The notes beneath the pieces are model-generated. The model was not told the origin of the DNA and did not search any database. It saw nothing but the letters and a program-made list of their open reading frames with translations. A program made the position numbers and the translations under genes. From an uncultured Flavobacteriales bacterium (GTDB lineage: Bacteria; Bacteroidota; Bacteroidia; Flavobacteriales; UBA1820), in assembly GCA_938023515.1 (NCBI GenBank), contig CALJDR010000052.1, forward strand, positions 6,615 through 70,614: DNA of 64,000 nt, in the 5' to 3' direction. Positions 53,256 to 62,876 of the stretch are shown here, in pieces. The first letter of the stretch is position 1, and the number at the start of each line of letters is the position of its first letter.

Positions 53256-53992
53256 TTCCCGCCGACGTATTCCGGCATTTCGGGCAAGACCTCCCTTCCC
53301 GGGAAGAATTGGCTGCATTTATCGCGGAACTCTCCGCCGGGCACATCGTCCCCGAAAAACGGAAAACGTCTGCCCCCACTCTAAAACAAGCACTTTCACA
53401 GCCGGAAAAGCCGGCAGAAAAGCAACCGCAGGCCGCAGGAGAGGAAAAAGCATCTCCAAAAGCCATAGTTGAAAGCGAAAAAAAGCCCCCTATTGCCGTA
53501 TCCGCACCTGCATCCGGCGACGTATCATCCCTAAAAGCACGCTCGGCCCTGTCCATCGCCAATATGCTGGCCGCAGGGAATAAGCCCAAGGGGCAGGACG
53601 GCCCGAAAGAAGCCGTCCTGAGCGAGACCTTCTCCCAGGAGGAACTCGTCAAGGCATGGGAGCATTTCTGCGAAAAAGCCGGAAAGGAAAAACGCATCGG
53701 CCTGCATACGGCCATGAATGCCGCAGACGTGCATATCGGCGAGAACAACGTGGTAGAGATCACGGTATCCTCCTCTCCGGCGGCGCACGAACTGGAGCAG
53801 AACATGCTCGACATTCTGGCTTTCCTGAAAAAGACCCTGCGCAATACGATCATTACCCACCGGGTGACAATCAACGAAGGCGTGCGAGAGCACCTACCCT
53901 ACACGCCCCGCGAAAAATACGAATACCTCCGGCTCAAAAATCCCCTGCTCGAAAAAATGAGGAACGAACTGGACCTGAACATAGATTTCTAA
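53240..53992 (+). CDS. dnaX: dnaX tau-specific C-terminal extension, in the -1 frame relative to 52164
   Basis: About 250 codons stay open from the A-run onward (KKKSPDFIIP...). The region has a Pro/Lys/Glu-rich linker and a conserved-looking C-terminal domain (FSQEELVKAWEHF...YTPREKYEYLRLKNPLLEKMRNELDL). Confidence 0.7.
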   Translation, partial: SPDFIIPADVFRHFGQDLPSREELAAFIAELSAGHIVPEKRKTSAPTLKQALSQPEKPAEKQPQAAGEEKASPKAIVESEKKPPIAVSAPASGDVSSLKARSALSIANMLAAGNKPKGQDGPKEAVLSETFSQEELVKAWEHFCEKAGKEKRIGLHTAMNAADVHIGENNVVEITVSSSPAAHELEQNMLDILAFLKKTLRNTIITHRVTINEGVREHLPYTPREKYEYLRLKNPLLEKMRNELDLNIDF

Positions 53993-53998
53993 GCCGAC

Positions 53999-55066
53999 AT
54001 GAAACTACTGCGTCTGATCCTTTTACCCCTGTCCATGTTGTGGTATGCTTTCAGCAAGTTCCGCACCTGGATGTACACCTCGGGAAAACTCCGCCGCAGG
54101 CACTTCCGGCTGCCCGTATTCGTAGTGGGGAACCTCTCCACAGGCGGTACGGGAAAAAGCCCCCATGCGGAACTTCTGGCGCGCCGGATGCTTTCCGAAG
54201 GCTACAAAACGGCCATCCTCAGCCGGGGATACGGCCGCCGCACAAAAGGTTTCGTGCTGGTCTCCGGCCATTCTTCGGCCCACGATACGGGCGACGAGCC
54301 CCTGATGATGAAGAGGGCCATCCCTGAAGCGACGGTAGCCGTCTGCGAGAACCGCGCCCGGGGAATCAAGCGCCTGATGCAGAACTATCGGCCACAGATC
54401 ATCGTTCTGGACGACGCTTACCAGCACCTGCGGGTCAAAGCCTCGTGTTATTTCCTGCTCACGGCCTTTGACAGTCCTTTTACTTCGGATTATCTGTTGC
54501 CAGCCGGAAACCTGCGCGAAAGCCGCCACGGGGCCGACCGGGCCGACTGCGTGATCGTGACCAAGGTCCCCCGTAAATACGACGGCGACGGCGAAAAAGC
54601 GAACGCCGTGCGCGAAAAATTCCGCCGGGAAATCGCCCGCTATACCGAGGCGCCGGTGATATTCTCCCATTACGATTATGCCGACCATGTAAAGAACCCG
54701 CTCCTGGGAAAAATACCGGCGGAGCACCTGAAAGACTACAACATCCTGCTGGTCACAGCTGTGGCCAATCCCGTGCCGCTGCTCTCCCACCTGGGTTCGC
54801 TGGAAGTGACCTGCCGGCATCTGCAATACCCGGACCATCATATATTCAAACGCCGGGACATCGAAAAAATCAAAAATGAATTCCTAAATTTGCCGCACGG
54901 GAAGAACATCATCCTCACCACGGAAAAGGATATGGCCCGCATCATCGGCACGCCCCTGGCGGAATACCCCGTTTATTCGCTGGCCGTACGGGCCGTGATC
55001 GACCCGCGGGACGAACAGACGTTCAATTCCATCATCGACAACACGATCGAACGATATAAAGACTGA
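53999..55066 (+). CDS. lpxK: Tetraacyldisaccharide 4'-kinase
   Basis: VVGNLSTGGTGKSPH P-loop and VLDDAYQH motif. Confidence 0.85.
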   Translation: MKLLRLILLPLSMLWYAFSKFRTWMYTSGKLRRRHFRLPVFVVGNLSTGGTGKSPHAELLARRMLSEGYKTAILSRGYGRRTKGFVLVSGHSSAHDTGDEPLMMKRAIPEATVAVCENRARGIKRLMQNYRPQIIVLDDAYQHLRVKASCYFLLTAFDSPFTSDYLLPAGNLRESRHGADRADCVIVTKVPRKYDGDGEKANAVREKFRREIARYTEAPVIFSHYDYADHVKNPLLGKIPAEHLKDYNILLVTAVANPVPLLSHLGSLEVTCRHLQYPDHHIFKRRDIEKIKNEFLNLPHGKNIILTTEKDMARIIGTPLAEYPVYSLAVRAVIDPRDEQTFNSIIDNTIERYKD

Positions 55067-55073
55067 AAATACC

Positions 55074-55886
55074 ATGCTCGAGAAAATCAAAGAAACCGCG
55101 GAATTCCTCGGCCGTTACGCCGAAAAACCGATCGAATGGGGCGTCGTCCTGGGAACGGGACTGGGCGACCTGGTAAGCGAAATAGACGTGCGCAAACGTA
55201 TCCCTTACAGCGAAATCCCCAATTTTCCCGTATCGACCGTCGAAGGACATTCCGGGGAAATGGTCTTCGGCTACCTGGGCGGCAAATACATCATGGCCCT
55301 GAACGGCCGTTTCCATTTCTACGAAGGCTATCCGATGGACAAGGTGACCTATCCCATCCGGGTGATGAAACTGATGGGCATCGATCGCCTGGTGGTATCC
55401 AATGCTGCCGGAGGCGTCAATCCGGGTCATAAGATCGGCGATATCATGATCATCACCGACCATATCAACATGATCCCCGAACACCCGCTGCGCGGGAAGA
55501 ACATGGCCGAACTGGGCCCCCGTTTCGTGGATATGAAGGACGCTTACAACCCGAAAATGGTCGCCGCCGCCAAAAAGATCGCGGCCGACAATGGCATCGA
55601 GGTTTGCGAAGGCGTTTACCTGGCCCTCCAAGGCCCCACTTTCGAAACGCAGGCCGAATACCTGATGGTATCCCGCCTGGGCGGAGACGCGGTAGGCATG
55701 AGCACGGTGCCCGAAGTGATCGTAGCCCGCCACATGGGCATCGAAGTGTTCGGTGTATCGGTGATCACAGACCTGGGTCTGCCCGGCAAAATGGCCAACG
55801 TATCGCACGAAGAGGTACAGGCCGTCGGAAAAACAGCGACCCCGAAGGTCATGAAGATCGTTCAGGAACTCATCAAGACTTTTTAA
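55074..55886 (+). CDS. Purine nucleoside phosphorylase (PNP/MTAP family)
   Basis: GRFHFYEGY, SNAAGG and GMSTVPEVIVARHMG motifs. Confidence 0.85.
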   Translation: MLEKIKETAEFLGRYAEKPIEWGVVLGTGLGDLVSEIDVRKRIPYSEIPNFPVSTVEGHSGEMVFGYLGGKYIMALNGRFHFYEGYPMDKVTYPIRVMKLMGIDRLVVSNAAGGVNPGHKIGDIMIITDHINMIPEHPLRGKNMAELGPRFVDMKDAYNPKMVAAAKKIAADNGIEVCEGVYLALQGPTFETQAEYLMVSRLGGDAVGMSTVPEVIVARHMGIEVFGVSVITDLGLPGKMANVSHEEVQAVGKTATPKVMKIVQELIKTF

Positions 55887-55907
55887 CCAAAACCCCGAAA
55901 TAATCCT

Positions 55908-56474
55908 ATGGTTTCGAGAATCGTACGCATACTGCTCATCGCAGCGCTCACCGGATGCTCCGTCTGGCAGTTCTGGGATGCCAATATCGGCAACGGTATA
56001 TTCCTCATCGTGCTGGCGCTTATCGTGCTGTTCACTTACTTCAAGAACGAGTGGATGATCATGGCCCTTCTGGCCATGCGAAAGAACAACGTGGAAAAAG
56101 CGGAAAAACGCCTGATGCATATCAAAGACCCCGACCATGCGCTGGTGCGCAGGGAAAGGGCCTCCTACTATTTCCTGCTGGGCGCCATCCGCTCGCAGCG
56201 CAACATGACGGAGAGTGAAAAACTGTTCAAGAAAGCGCTCGAAATAGGTCTTTCCCGCCAGGAAAAAGCCATGGCCAAATTGCAATTGGCCGCTATCGCC
56301 ATGCAGAAAGGCCGCAAACGCGAAGCCGAGATCCTCGTGGCAGAAGCCAAGCGGCTGGATAAAGGCAACCTGCTGGACGAACAGATCGCGATGATCAAAC
56401 AGGGCCTCAAACGCGCCCAGGGACAGCCCGGATTCTACCAGCAGCAACAACTCAAAGGCATAAAACGCCGCTAA
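55908..56474 (+). CDS. Membrane-anchored hypothetical protein with a helical (TPR-like) C-terminal part
   Basis: Two N-terminal TM segments. ORF evidence only. Confidence 0.5.
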   Translation: MVSRIVRILLIAALTGCSVWQFWDANIGNGIFLIVLALIVLFTYFKNEWMIMALLAMRKNNVEKAEKRLMHIKDPDHALVRRERASYYFLLGAIRSQRNMTESEKLFKKALEIGLSRQEKAMAKLQLAAIAMQKGRKREAEILVAEAKRLDKGNLLDEQIAMIKQGLKRAQGQPGFYQQQQLKGIKRR

Positions 56475-56478
56475 AGAA

Positions 56479-56697
56479 GTGGAACAAAAAGAATTTTCCC
56501 TTGCCGGGGCGGAATATGTGGAGCTGGACAAACTACTGAAACTCCTCCGGTTGGTGGAAAGCGGCGGACAGGCCCACGAATTTATCACGCGGGGGCTCGT
56601 GCGCCGGGACGGAAAAGCGGAAACCCGCAAGCGGGCCAAACTCCGCATAGGCGACGAAGTGGTCTTCAACGGCCATCGGATCAAAATAACGGAATAA
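56479..56697 (+). CDS. S4-like RNA-binding protein (YbcJ family)
   Basis: VELDKLLKL....SGGQA...I..G.V..DG..ETRKRAKL..GD.V.F.GH pattern matches E. coli YbcJ. GTG start. Confidence 0.7.
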   Translation: MEQKEFSLAGAEYVELDKLLKLLRLVESGGQAHEFITRGLVRRDGKAETRKRAKLRIGDEVVFNGHRIKITE

Positions 56698-56717
56698 AGT
56701 ATAAAACTTCTTTTACC

Positions 56718-56921
56718 ATGAGAACCATGCTGCGTCTGTACATGTTTCTGCTCCCATTGGGGCTTTCCATGCTCATCACGATCCTGATCCTGAAACATTT
56801 CACAAACATAGACAGTTTCATGGTCGGTTTTTTCGAAGGCATGTCCACCGTATTCATCGTAGTAGGTGCCGCCATATCGATAGGCGCCTGGTGGGGTAAA
56901 AAAGGAACTCCGGCACAATAA
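56718..56921 (+). CDS. Small membrane protein (67 aa)
   Basis: Two TM segments. ORF evidence only. Confidence 0.4.
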   Translation: MRTMLRLYMFLLPLGLSMLITILILKHFTNIDSFMVGFFEGMSTVFIVVGAAISIGAWWGKKGTPAQ

Positions 56922-56933
56922 GCCGGCTATCTA

Positions 56934-56969
56934 AAAAAGCGGACAGAATATCTTCTGTCCGCTTTTTTT
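56934..56969 (+). terminator. Rho-independent terminator
   Basis: GCGGACAGAA / TTCTGTCCGC stem followed by T7. Confidence 0.75.
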
Positions 56970-57068
56970 GTTTTCCAAGGGAAGCGCTTCCTGCCGTCAT
57001 CCGAAAAAAAGGACAAAAAGAGGGCACTAGAGGACGGGCGGACGGATATCCCGCTACCGTTTTTTTTC

Positions 57069-57076
57069 TATCTTTG
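57069..57076 (+). promoter_or_regulatory. -7 promoter box TATCTTTG
   Basis: Exact TAnnTTTG, 28 nt upstream of the ATG at 57104. Confidence 0.45.
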
Positions 57077-57103
57077 TCGTCAACACAGACCTAACAAAAA
57101 CAT

Positions 57104-57955
57104 ATGAGAAATTTCGGGTTACTCCTCCTTTTCTCCCTTCTGTCCGTCTCGACCTGGGGACAGGGCAAACTGGCGGAAAAGATAGACCTGTCCCAATTCC
57201 CGCACCGGGACAGCATCCGCCGGGAACTGGAGACCATCCCCTCGTTCGGGATATTCCGCGACAACTATTTCGTCACGGGGACCAACTTCAAGGGTGGCGG
57301 CATCAACGAGAACAACAGCGACGCCAAATTCCAGGTGAGTATCATGCACCGGCTCGTCAAAGGGATCATGCCACACGACATGTATCTGTTCATCACCTAC
57401 TCGCAGCGTTCTTTTTGGGATATCTACAAAAAATCGGCCCCTTTCGAGGAGAACGTATACAATCCGTCTATCGGCATCGGAAACAACATTGTGATTGGCG
57501 ACCACGTAGTCGGTGTGGGATTTTTCCAGATAGAACACGAATCGAACGGGCGCGACAGCATCTGGAACCGGAGCTGGAATAAGATCAGCTTTACGGCCAT
57601 CTACGCGCTCAACCGCAACCTGAACTTCCAGTTCAAAGTATGGCTTCCGTTCTGGAAAGCCGATGAAAACAAGGACATCGCCCGGTATGCCGGATACTGG
57701 CACCTGGTGGCGAACTACCAGACCCCCAACCGGCGTTTCTCCTTCACCGGGCAGTATATCAAACGCGGAGGCTGGGACCTGAACGCCAATTTCATGGCCG
57801 AGGCGGCCTTCCGCCTCACCCGCAAGAGCAACCAATACATCTGCATCCAATACTACAACGGGTACGGGGAGAGCCTGCTCGATTACAACGTATTCAGCGG
57901 CTATATCCGCCTGGGTATCGTGATAAAACCCGACAAGTGGTTTAGTATTTATTAA
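57104..57955 (+). CDS. pldA: Outer-membrane phospholipase A1
   Basis: Signal peptide present, with the HESNGR catalytic His-Ser motif of OMPLA and beta-barrel-like alternation. Confidence 0.75.
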   Translation: MRNFGLLLLFSLLSVSTWGQGKLAEKIDLSQFPHRDSIRRELETIPSFGIFRDNYFVTGTNFKGGGINENNSDAKFQVSIMHRLVKGIMPHDMYLFITYSQRSFWDIYKKSAPFEENVYNPSIGIGNNIVIGDHVVGVGFFQIEHESNGRDSIWNRSWNKISFTAIYALNRNLNFQFKVWLPFWKADENKDIARYAGYWHLVANYQTPNRRFSFTGQYIKRGGWDLNANFMAEAAFRLTRKSNQYICIQYYNGYGESLLDYNVFSGYIRLGIVIKPDKWFSIY

Positions 57956-57980
57956 TATTTCTGCAAAAGAAGTATCTATA

Positions 57981-58020
57981 AAAAAACAGGCGGCTCCCGA
58001 TGGAAGCCGCCTGCCTTTTT
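57981..58020. terminator. Bidirectional terminator
   Basis: CAGGCGGCT / AGCCGCCTG stem flanked by A- and T-runs, between convergent genes. Confidence 0.65.
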
Positions 58021-58036
58021 ACCGTATAAAACGGAT

Positions 58037-59491
58037 TTACATGCTCTTGAGCACTTCCTTGAGGAAGTCGTAAAAATGTCCTACCGTATCGATCTTTACT
58101 TTTTCGTCCGGCGAATGCGGGTGCATGATAGTCGGACCGAAGGATACCATATCCATTCCTTCGGGGTACTTGCCGCCTATGATCCCGCACTCGAGACCGG
58201 CATGGCAGGCCGCCACATGGGGTTCTTTCTTGAACATCTTTTTGTAGAGGTCTACCATCTTGAGCAGCACCGGCGAATGCGGGTTGGGCGCCCATCCGGA
58301 ATAACCACCGTTCTGTTCTACTTTGCAGCCAGCCAGTTCCAGCGTCGAGCGGATCCCGTTGGCCATTTCCATTTTGGAACTGTCCACCGAAGAACGCGTG
58401 AGGAACGAAACGGCGAACTTGCCGCCGCGCACTTCCACCCGGGCCATATTCGACGAAGTCTGTACCAGGCCTTCCACGTCGGGACTCATGCAGAATACAC
58501 CGTTAGGCATTGCAGCCAATGCATCCACGACTGCTTTCTGCTCTTTTTCGGGCATTACTTTCTTCGGCGTATCGATCGGTTCGAGAAGGATCTCCATCCC
58601 CTCGTCCACCGTCTTATATTCTTTCTTTATATCGTCCGACAGCGCCTTGAAATGTTTTTTATAGGCGGCTGCCTTTCCTTTGGGCAGGGCGAATTCTGCG
58701 AATGCCTCCCGCGGGATGGCATTGCGCAGCGAACCGCCGTCGAATACCGACAGGCGCAGGCCATATTTGGCCCCGGCACCCCACAACATCCGGTTCAGCA
58801 CTTTATTGGCGTTGGCTCGGCCGAGGATGATGTCCATCCCGGAATGCCCGCCTTTCAATCCTTTTACGGTCACTTTGAAACCCTGCATACCGGCAGGAGT
58901 CTTTTCTTCCTTGTATTTCAGGGTACCCAAGGTATCGATACCACCGGCGCAGCCGATGCACAATTCGTTTTCGTCCTCCGTATCGAGGTTAAACATGATG
59001 CGGCCTTTGAGCATTTTCGGGTCCATCTTGTGGGCGCCCGTCATACCGGTTTCTTCGTCCACAGTAATGAGCACCTCCAAGGCCGGGTGGGCCGCGTCGG
59101 TAGCCGTAAGGATCGCCATCGCAGCAGCTACGCCGATCCCGTTGTCAGCTCCCAGGGTCGTTCCCTTGGCGCGAACCCAGTCACCGTCCACCACGCTCTG
59201 GATACCTTGCTTATCGAAATCGAAAACCGTATCCGAGTTCTTTTGGTGCACCATATCCATATGTCCCTGAAGCACGATGATGGGGGACTTTTCTTTACCC
59301 TTGGTAGCCGGTTTACGGAATACCACATTACCCATTTCATCGATGGTGGTGTCTATTTTATATTTTTTACCGAACTCTTTAAAGAATGCGACGGCTTTGG
59401 CCTCTTTCTTGGAGCCGCGGGGCACCGCATTGAGGTCTTCGAAATAGTTCCAGATAGCCTTAGGCTCGAGGGAACGAACATCTTTGCTCAT
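58037..59491 (-). CDS. pepD: Aminoacyl-histidine (Xaa-His) dipeptidase, M20C
   Basis: LQGHMDMV, GTTLGADNGIGVA and VDEETGMTGA motifs in a 484-aa protein. Confidence 0.85.
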   Translation of the reverse strand: MSKDVRSLEPKAIWNYFEDLNAVPRGSKKEAKAVAFFKEFGKKYKIDTTIDEMGNVVFRKPATKGKEKSPIIVLQGHMDMVHQKNSDTVFDFDKQGIQSVVDGDWVRAKGTTLGADNGIGVAAAMAILTATDAAHPALEVLITVDEETGMTGAHKMDPKMLKGRIMFNLDTEDENELCIGCAGGIDTLGTLKYKEEKTPAGMQGFKVTVKGLKGGHSGMDIILGRANANKVLNRMLWGAGAKYGLRLSVFDGGSLRNAIPREAFAEFALPKGKAAAYKKHFKALSDDIKKEYKTVDEGMEILLEPIDTPKKVMPEKEQKAVVDALAAMPNGVFCMSPDVEGLVQTSSNMARVEVRGGKFAVSFLTRSSVDSSKMEMANGIRSTLELAGCKVEQNGGYSGWAPNPHSPVLLKMVDLYKKMFKKEPHVAACHAGLECGIIGGKYPEGMDMVSFGPTIMHPHSPDEKVKIDTVGHFYDFLKEVLKSM

Positions 59492-59778
59492 GTTTTTAAG
59501 TATTTTTGGTTATTGATTTTTTCTTTGATTTTGGCAAAATACAGCGAAAGCCGGCACCATTTAAACTCGTTTGGAAATGCCGAGGCGCATCCTGTATTCT
59601 ACAAATATATCGTTTTCAAAAGAAAAACCGGCAAGGAAGTTCAAAAAAATCCGGAAACGGTTTGCCCGAAATACTTTGGAAAAAACGTATTCCGGATATA
59701 AAATACTGGTTTTTAGAAGTATTTAAGCCTTCATCTGCACGCGGAAAATCTGTTTAAAATTCGTGATTACCTGCCGCA

Positions 59779-60117
59779 CTATTCCACCGGCCGGTAATCG
59801 ATAGCCGACTCTTCGTCCGTCCGCTCGATCTTGATGATCACCGGGCGCAGGCCGTCGTTGCACGAACAGATAGCTACCCCCTCTTTGGAGATCCAGTCCC
59901 CATAATAAAACGTACCGGAACCATGCGACAAAGCGAAAACATATTGGTACACCGCTTTCCAGGCTTCGTCGCAAAAACCGTCGGGTTTGGCATAGTCGGC
60001 ATAGAATACCTGCCCTTCCTTCATTATCGGGCATTTCGTAAATCCGGGTCCGGCATACTCCCGAGCCAGATCTTTCTGAAGGGTTCTTTTTAGGATCGTT
60101 ATCTTGCAGCGTTTCAT
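59779..60117 (-). CDS. TIGR04076-like small Cys-containing protein
   Basis: MKRCKITIL...CP.MKEGQVF...PDGFCDEAW...CNDGLRPVIIKIER pattern. Confidence 0.55.
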   Translation of the reverse strand: MKRCKITILKRTLQKDLAREYAGPGFTKCPIMKEGQVFYADYAKPDGFCDEAWKAVYQYVFALSHGSGTFYYGDWISKEGVAICSCNDGLRPVIIKIERTDEESAIDYRPVE

Positions 60118-60309
60118 TTTCGGCAGAATTTTTATACTCGTAAATATAGGGTAAAATCCATTCCCAACGCTGCCCTCCCCCCTTTACGGCAAATCATTTT
60201 ATTGGCCTGCAAGCTCTCAAATGGCCTTTCATACCCGGCTTTTCCTGAATCCCTTAGCGTTTTTTGCGAAAAAATAGCATACAGGGACTTGCGGATTAAA
60301 AAATATACG

Positions 60310-60317
60310 TATATTTG
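60310..60317 (+). promoter_or_regulatory. -7 promoter box TATATTTG upstream of tRNA-Tyr/Gly
   Basis: Exact TAnnTTTG, 27 nt before tRNA-Tyr. Confidence 0.5.
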
Positions 60318-60343
60318 CAACCGCAACGAAGTTCTTTGCATAC

Positions 60344-60426
60344 GGGCGAATACCAGAGTGGCCAAATGGGGCAGACTGTAAATCTGCTGTCTTACGACTA
60401 CGGTGGTTCGAATCCATCTTCGCCCA
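60344..60426 (+). tRNA. tRNA-Tyr (GTA)
   Basis: Acceptor GGGCGAA/TTCGCCC, anticodon loop CTGTAAA, long variable arm, GGTTCGAATCC T-loop. Confidence 0.9.
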
Positions 60427-60441
60427 CATTTTTCCAAAATT

Positions 60442-60517
60442 GCGGAAGTAGCTCAGTTGGTAGAGCGTCAGCCTTCCAAGCTGAATGTCGCGAGTTCGAA
60501 CCTCGTCTTCCGCTCCA
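60442..60517 (+). tRNA. tRNA-Gly (TCC)
   Basis: Acceptor GCGGAAG/CTTCCGC, D-arm GCTCAGTTGGTAGAGC, anticodon loop CTTCCAA, encoded CCA. Confidence 0.9.
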
Positions 60518-60544
60518 CTAAAAAAGAGCCCATACGCTTAAATA

Positions 60545-60577
60545 AAGCCTTTGAAAGCCATTTCAGAGGCTTTTTTT
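60545..60577 (+). terminator. Rho-independent terminator
   Basis: GCCTTTGAAA / TTTCAGAGGC stem (one mismatch) followed by T7. Confidence 0.55.
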
Positions 60578-60682
60578 ATTTTTGCAGCCGAAAACCTCTC
60601 AACCCAAAACTTCAAAAGTGTAGTTATTTCACCAATTTTAAACGTATATTTGACACAAATATGTTACAAGCTTTTTTGTAGT

Positions 60683-61966
60683 ATGGCCACTTTCAGAACA
60701 GTCGTTTTAAAACATCAGAAAAAATCAGACAACACCTGGAACGTAAAAATATGCGTATACCATCAGGGACAGAGGGCTTACATCCCCACTGAATACTACG
60801 TGGCACGGGACAAGCTGACCAAAAACTACGCCCTGAACGACCAGTACCTGATAAATATCCTATCTAAAAGGCTGGTAAAATACAACGAGGCTTTTATGAC
60901 GATGGACCAAGCCTCTTCCCTAACGGCCCGTGAACTGGCAGTCGAGCTGGCCGAAATACAGCAAACTCCCCTGCGGGACCGCCATATCGATTTCATCGCC
61001 TTTTCGGAAAGGCATATAGGCAAGATCATCGATGCCGGCGAGAAAAAATACGGGATGCTGTTACAAACAGCTGTGAATACCCTGAAGGATTTCTTCCGTA
61101 AAGATCAGGTCGCAGTGACCGAAATAACCTCACGGTCTCTTCAGGACCTGGAAGAATACATTCGTTCGGATAGGGACATCAAAAGGCTCAACCAGTTCGG
61201 ACGGGAGGTGATTCTCCACCGCAAAGGGGCTTCCCAAACGGGAGTCAATGGACTGATGCGTAATATCCGCACGCTTTTCAATGCGTGCCGGGAGGAATAT
61301 AACGACCCGGAAAGAGGGATCGTCAAGATAAACCACTACCCTTTTGCCAAGTATAAGGTCAAAGCGGATCCGGAAAGCCGTAAACGGAGCTTGTCCGCCG
61401 GTGATATCGCAAAAATAATCCGGATGCCCCGCCCGGACAACGAACGTGCCGCCCTGGCCCGGGATGTATTCCTGCTTTCGTTCTCCCTATTGGGTATGAA
61501 TACGGTCGACCTGTACACCTGTACGGATTACACCGACGGGCGTATCGTCTACCGGCGCAAAAAGACGACCAGCCGTCGCCTGGACAATGCGGAAATATCA
61601 GTCCTTATCCCGGAAGAAATGCGCAATATATTTGAAAGGAACCGGGATGAAACTGGCAAAAAGGTATTCAATTTCTACCAGCGGTACGCGTCGGCTGCGA
61701 ACTTTAACAACAATATGAACAAAGGTCTGAAAGATATTGCCGATGCGCTGAAGTTCGAGGTTCCTTTATCCACCTACTATGCGCGCCACAGTTTTGCCAC
61801 TATCGCCCGCAACCAATGCCGTATAAGCATGGACGATGTGGCCCTTTGCCTGAACCATTCCGATGGCGAACACCGGATCACGGATATCTATGTGGCCAAG
61901 GATTGGTCGGTGATAGACGATGCCCAAAGAAAAGTGCTGGATTTTGTAAATGCCGCACTGGGGTGA
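60683..61966 (+). CDS. Tyrosine-type site-specific integrase
   Basis: C-terminal catalytic region YYARHSFATIA ... LCLNHSDGEHRITDIYV (R-H-R-Y type). Start chosen at MATFRTVVLKHQKK, as in Bacteroidetes phage integrases. Confidence 0.8.
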   Translation: MATFRTVVLKHQKKSDNTWNVKICVYHQGQRAYIPTEYYVARDKLTKNYALNDQYLINILSKRLVKYNEAFMTMDQASSLTARELAVELAEIQQTPLRDRHIDFIAFSERHIGKIIDAGEKKYGMLLQTAVNTLKDFFRKDQVAVTEITSRSLQDLEEYIRSDRDIKRLNQFGREVILHRKGASQTGVNGLMRNIRTLFNACREEYNDPERGIVKINHYPFAKYKVKADPESRKRSLSAGDIAKIIRMPRPDNERAALARDVFLLSFSLLGMNTVDLYTCTDYTDGRIVYRRKKTTSRRLDNAEISVLIPEEMRNIFERNRDETGKKVFNFYQRYASAANFNNNMNKGLKDIADALKFEVPLSTYYARHSFATIARNQCRISMDDVALCLNHSDGEHRITDIYVAKDWSVIDDAQRKVLDFVNAALG

Positions 61967-61970
61967 TCGG

Positions 61971-62471
61971 TCAGAACCATCTTTTTTTCCGTCCCCAGAA
62001 AAACAGAGCCGCCCCGGCGCCTAAAATTACAAACACCGTAAAAAAACGCCACATCGCATTGCGTTCCACCGGCAGGGGTGTTTGCTCGTAACTTTCCGAG
62101 ATATCCTTTCGGACGGTATCGCGTACGGCCGAGACAACGGCACTGTCCTTCGTGTGGTTCTCTATATCATTCCGTACGGCCGTAAGTTCGGTGATTGTAG
62201 TTGAACGAGGGACAACAACCCGGCCGGAGCTATCGGTTACAGCTTCCGTTACAGTAGTCTGCTGCAGGTGCACCGAAATGCTCCTGTCCCGAAAGAGACT
62301 GTCCTTCCATGCCATTGCCGCCATACTGTCTTTCCGGATAAAAGAGCGGTCCGTAGAATGCGAACTGTCGGCCGTACGTTTGGCTGCTGAACAAGATGAG
62401 ACGGCCCATAAAGCTACTAACAGCCCTATCGCAACCGATAAGGTGGTTCGGTTTGGGAGTCGCCTTTTCAT
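61971..62471 (-). CDS. Unimolecular-spanin-like protein (N-terminal lipoprotein signal plus C-terminal TM segment)
   Basis: MKRRLPNRTTLSVAIGLLVALWAVSSC (lipobox) and C-terminal WRFFTVFVILGAGAALFFWGRKKRWF. It is the last gene of the cassette and overlaps the previous gene by 4 nt. Confidence 0.45.
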   Translation of the reverse strand: MKRRLPNRTTLSVAIGLLVALWAVSSCSAAKRTADSSHSTDRSFIRKDSMAAMAWKDSLFRDRSISVHLQQTTVTEAVTDSSGRVVVPRSTTITELTAVRNDIENHTKDSAVVSAVRDTVRKDISESYEQTPLPVERNAMWRFFTVFVILGAGAALFFWGRKKRWF

Positions 62472-62875
62472 TTTATTTCGATAGTATTCTTTTCTCCTTT
62501 TCTTTCGGCTTCGGACAGTTTATTGGTGATCGCTATCTCATAGATCGTCGAACCGGTCACTTTCCCCTTTTCGGAATTGACCCCCACCAGGATACAGCCC
62601 GAAGTATCTACAGCCGTATTGCCCCGGTGAATCCGTATCCCGGAAAAGAAAGGAACATCCAGCAGAAGCGGAAGCTTCCGCCCGAATTTCGGAGAATAAG
62701 TAACCTCCACTTTATAGATTCCTGCAGGGATCGCCGTCTTGCCGGGGATTTTGGTCTCGGCCGGCAAGTCCCGGACTTTGTCTTCGAGGGTATCGCAAAA
62801 ATAGCGCCCGTCTATCGAAAGACGGCCTATCGTATAATCCTCTCCTTGGTAGATCCTCTTTAGTGTCAGTTCCAT
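62468..62875 (-). CDS. DUF5675-like protein with a YkuD-like His/Cys motif, endolysin candidate
   Basis: MELTLKRIY...GRLSIDG.YFCDTLED... and IRIHRGNTAVDTSGCILVG. An alternative start is at 62908. Confidence 0.5.
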   Translation of the reverse strand: MELTLKRIYQGEDYTIGRLSIDGRYFCDTLEDKVRDLPAETKIPGKTAIPAGIYKVEVTYSPKFGRKLPLLLDVPFFSGIRIHRGNTAVDTSGCILVGVNSEKGKVTGSTIYEIAITNKLSEAERKGEKNTIEIK

Positions 62876-62876
62876 A

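Noticed and set aside
55032-56918. A 628-aa minus-strand ORF spans four plus-strand genes (PNP, the 188-aa protein, the S4 protein and the small membrane protein).
   Set aside because: It is antisense to genes with strong motif support, crosses their intergenic gaps, and has an odd His/Arg/Phe/Gly-rich composition with no recognisable motif or promoter. This is a typical shadow ORF in GC-rich coding DNA.
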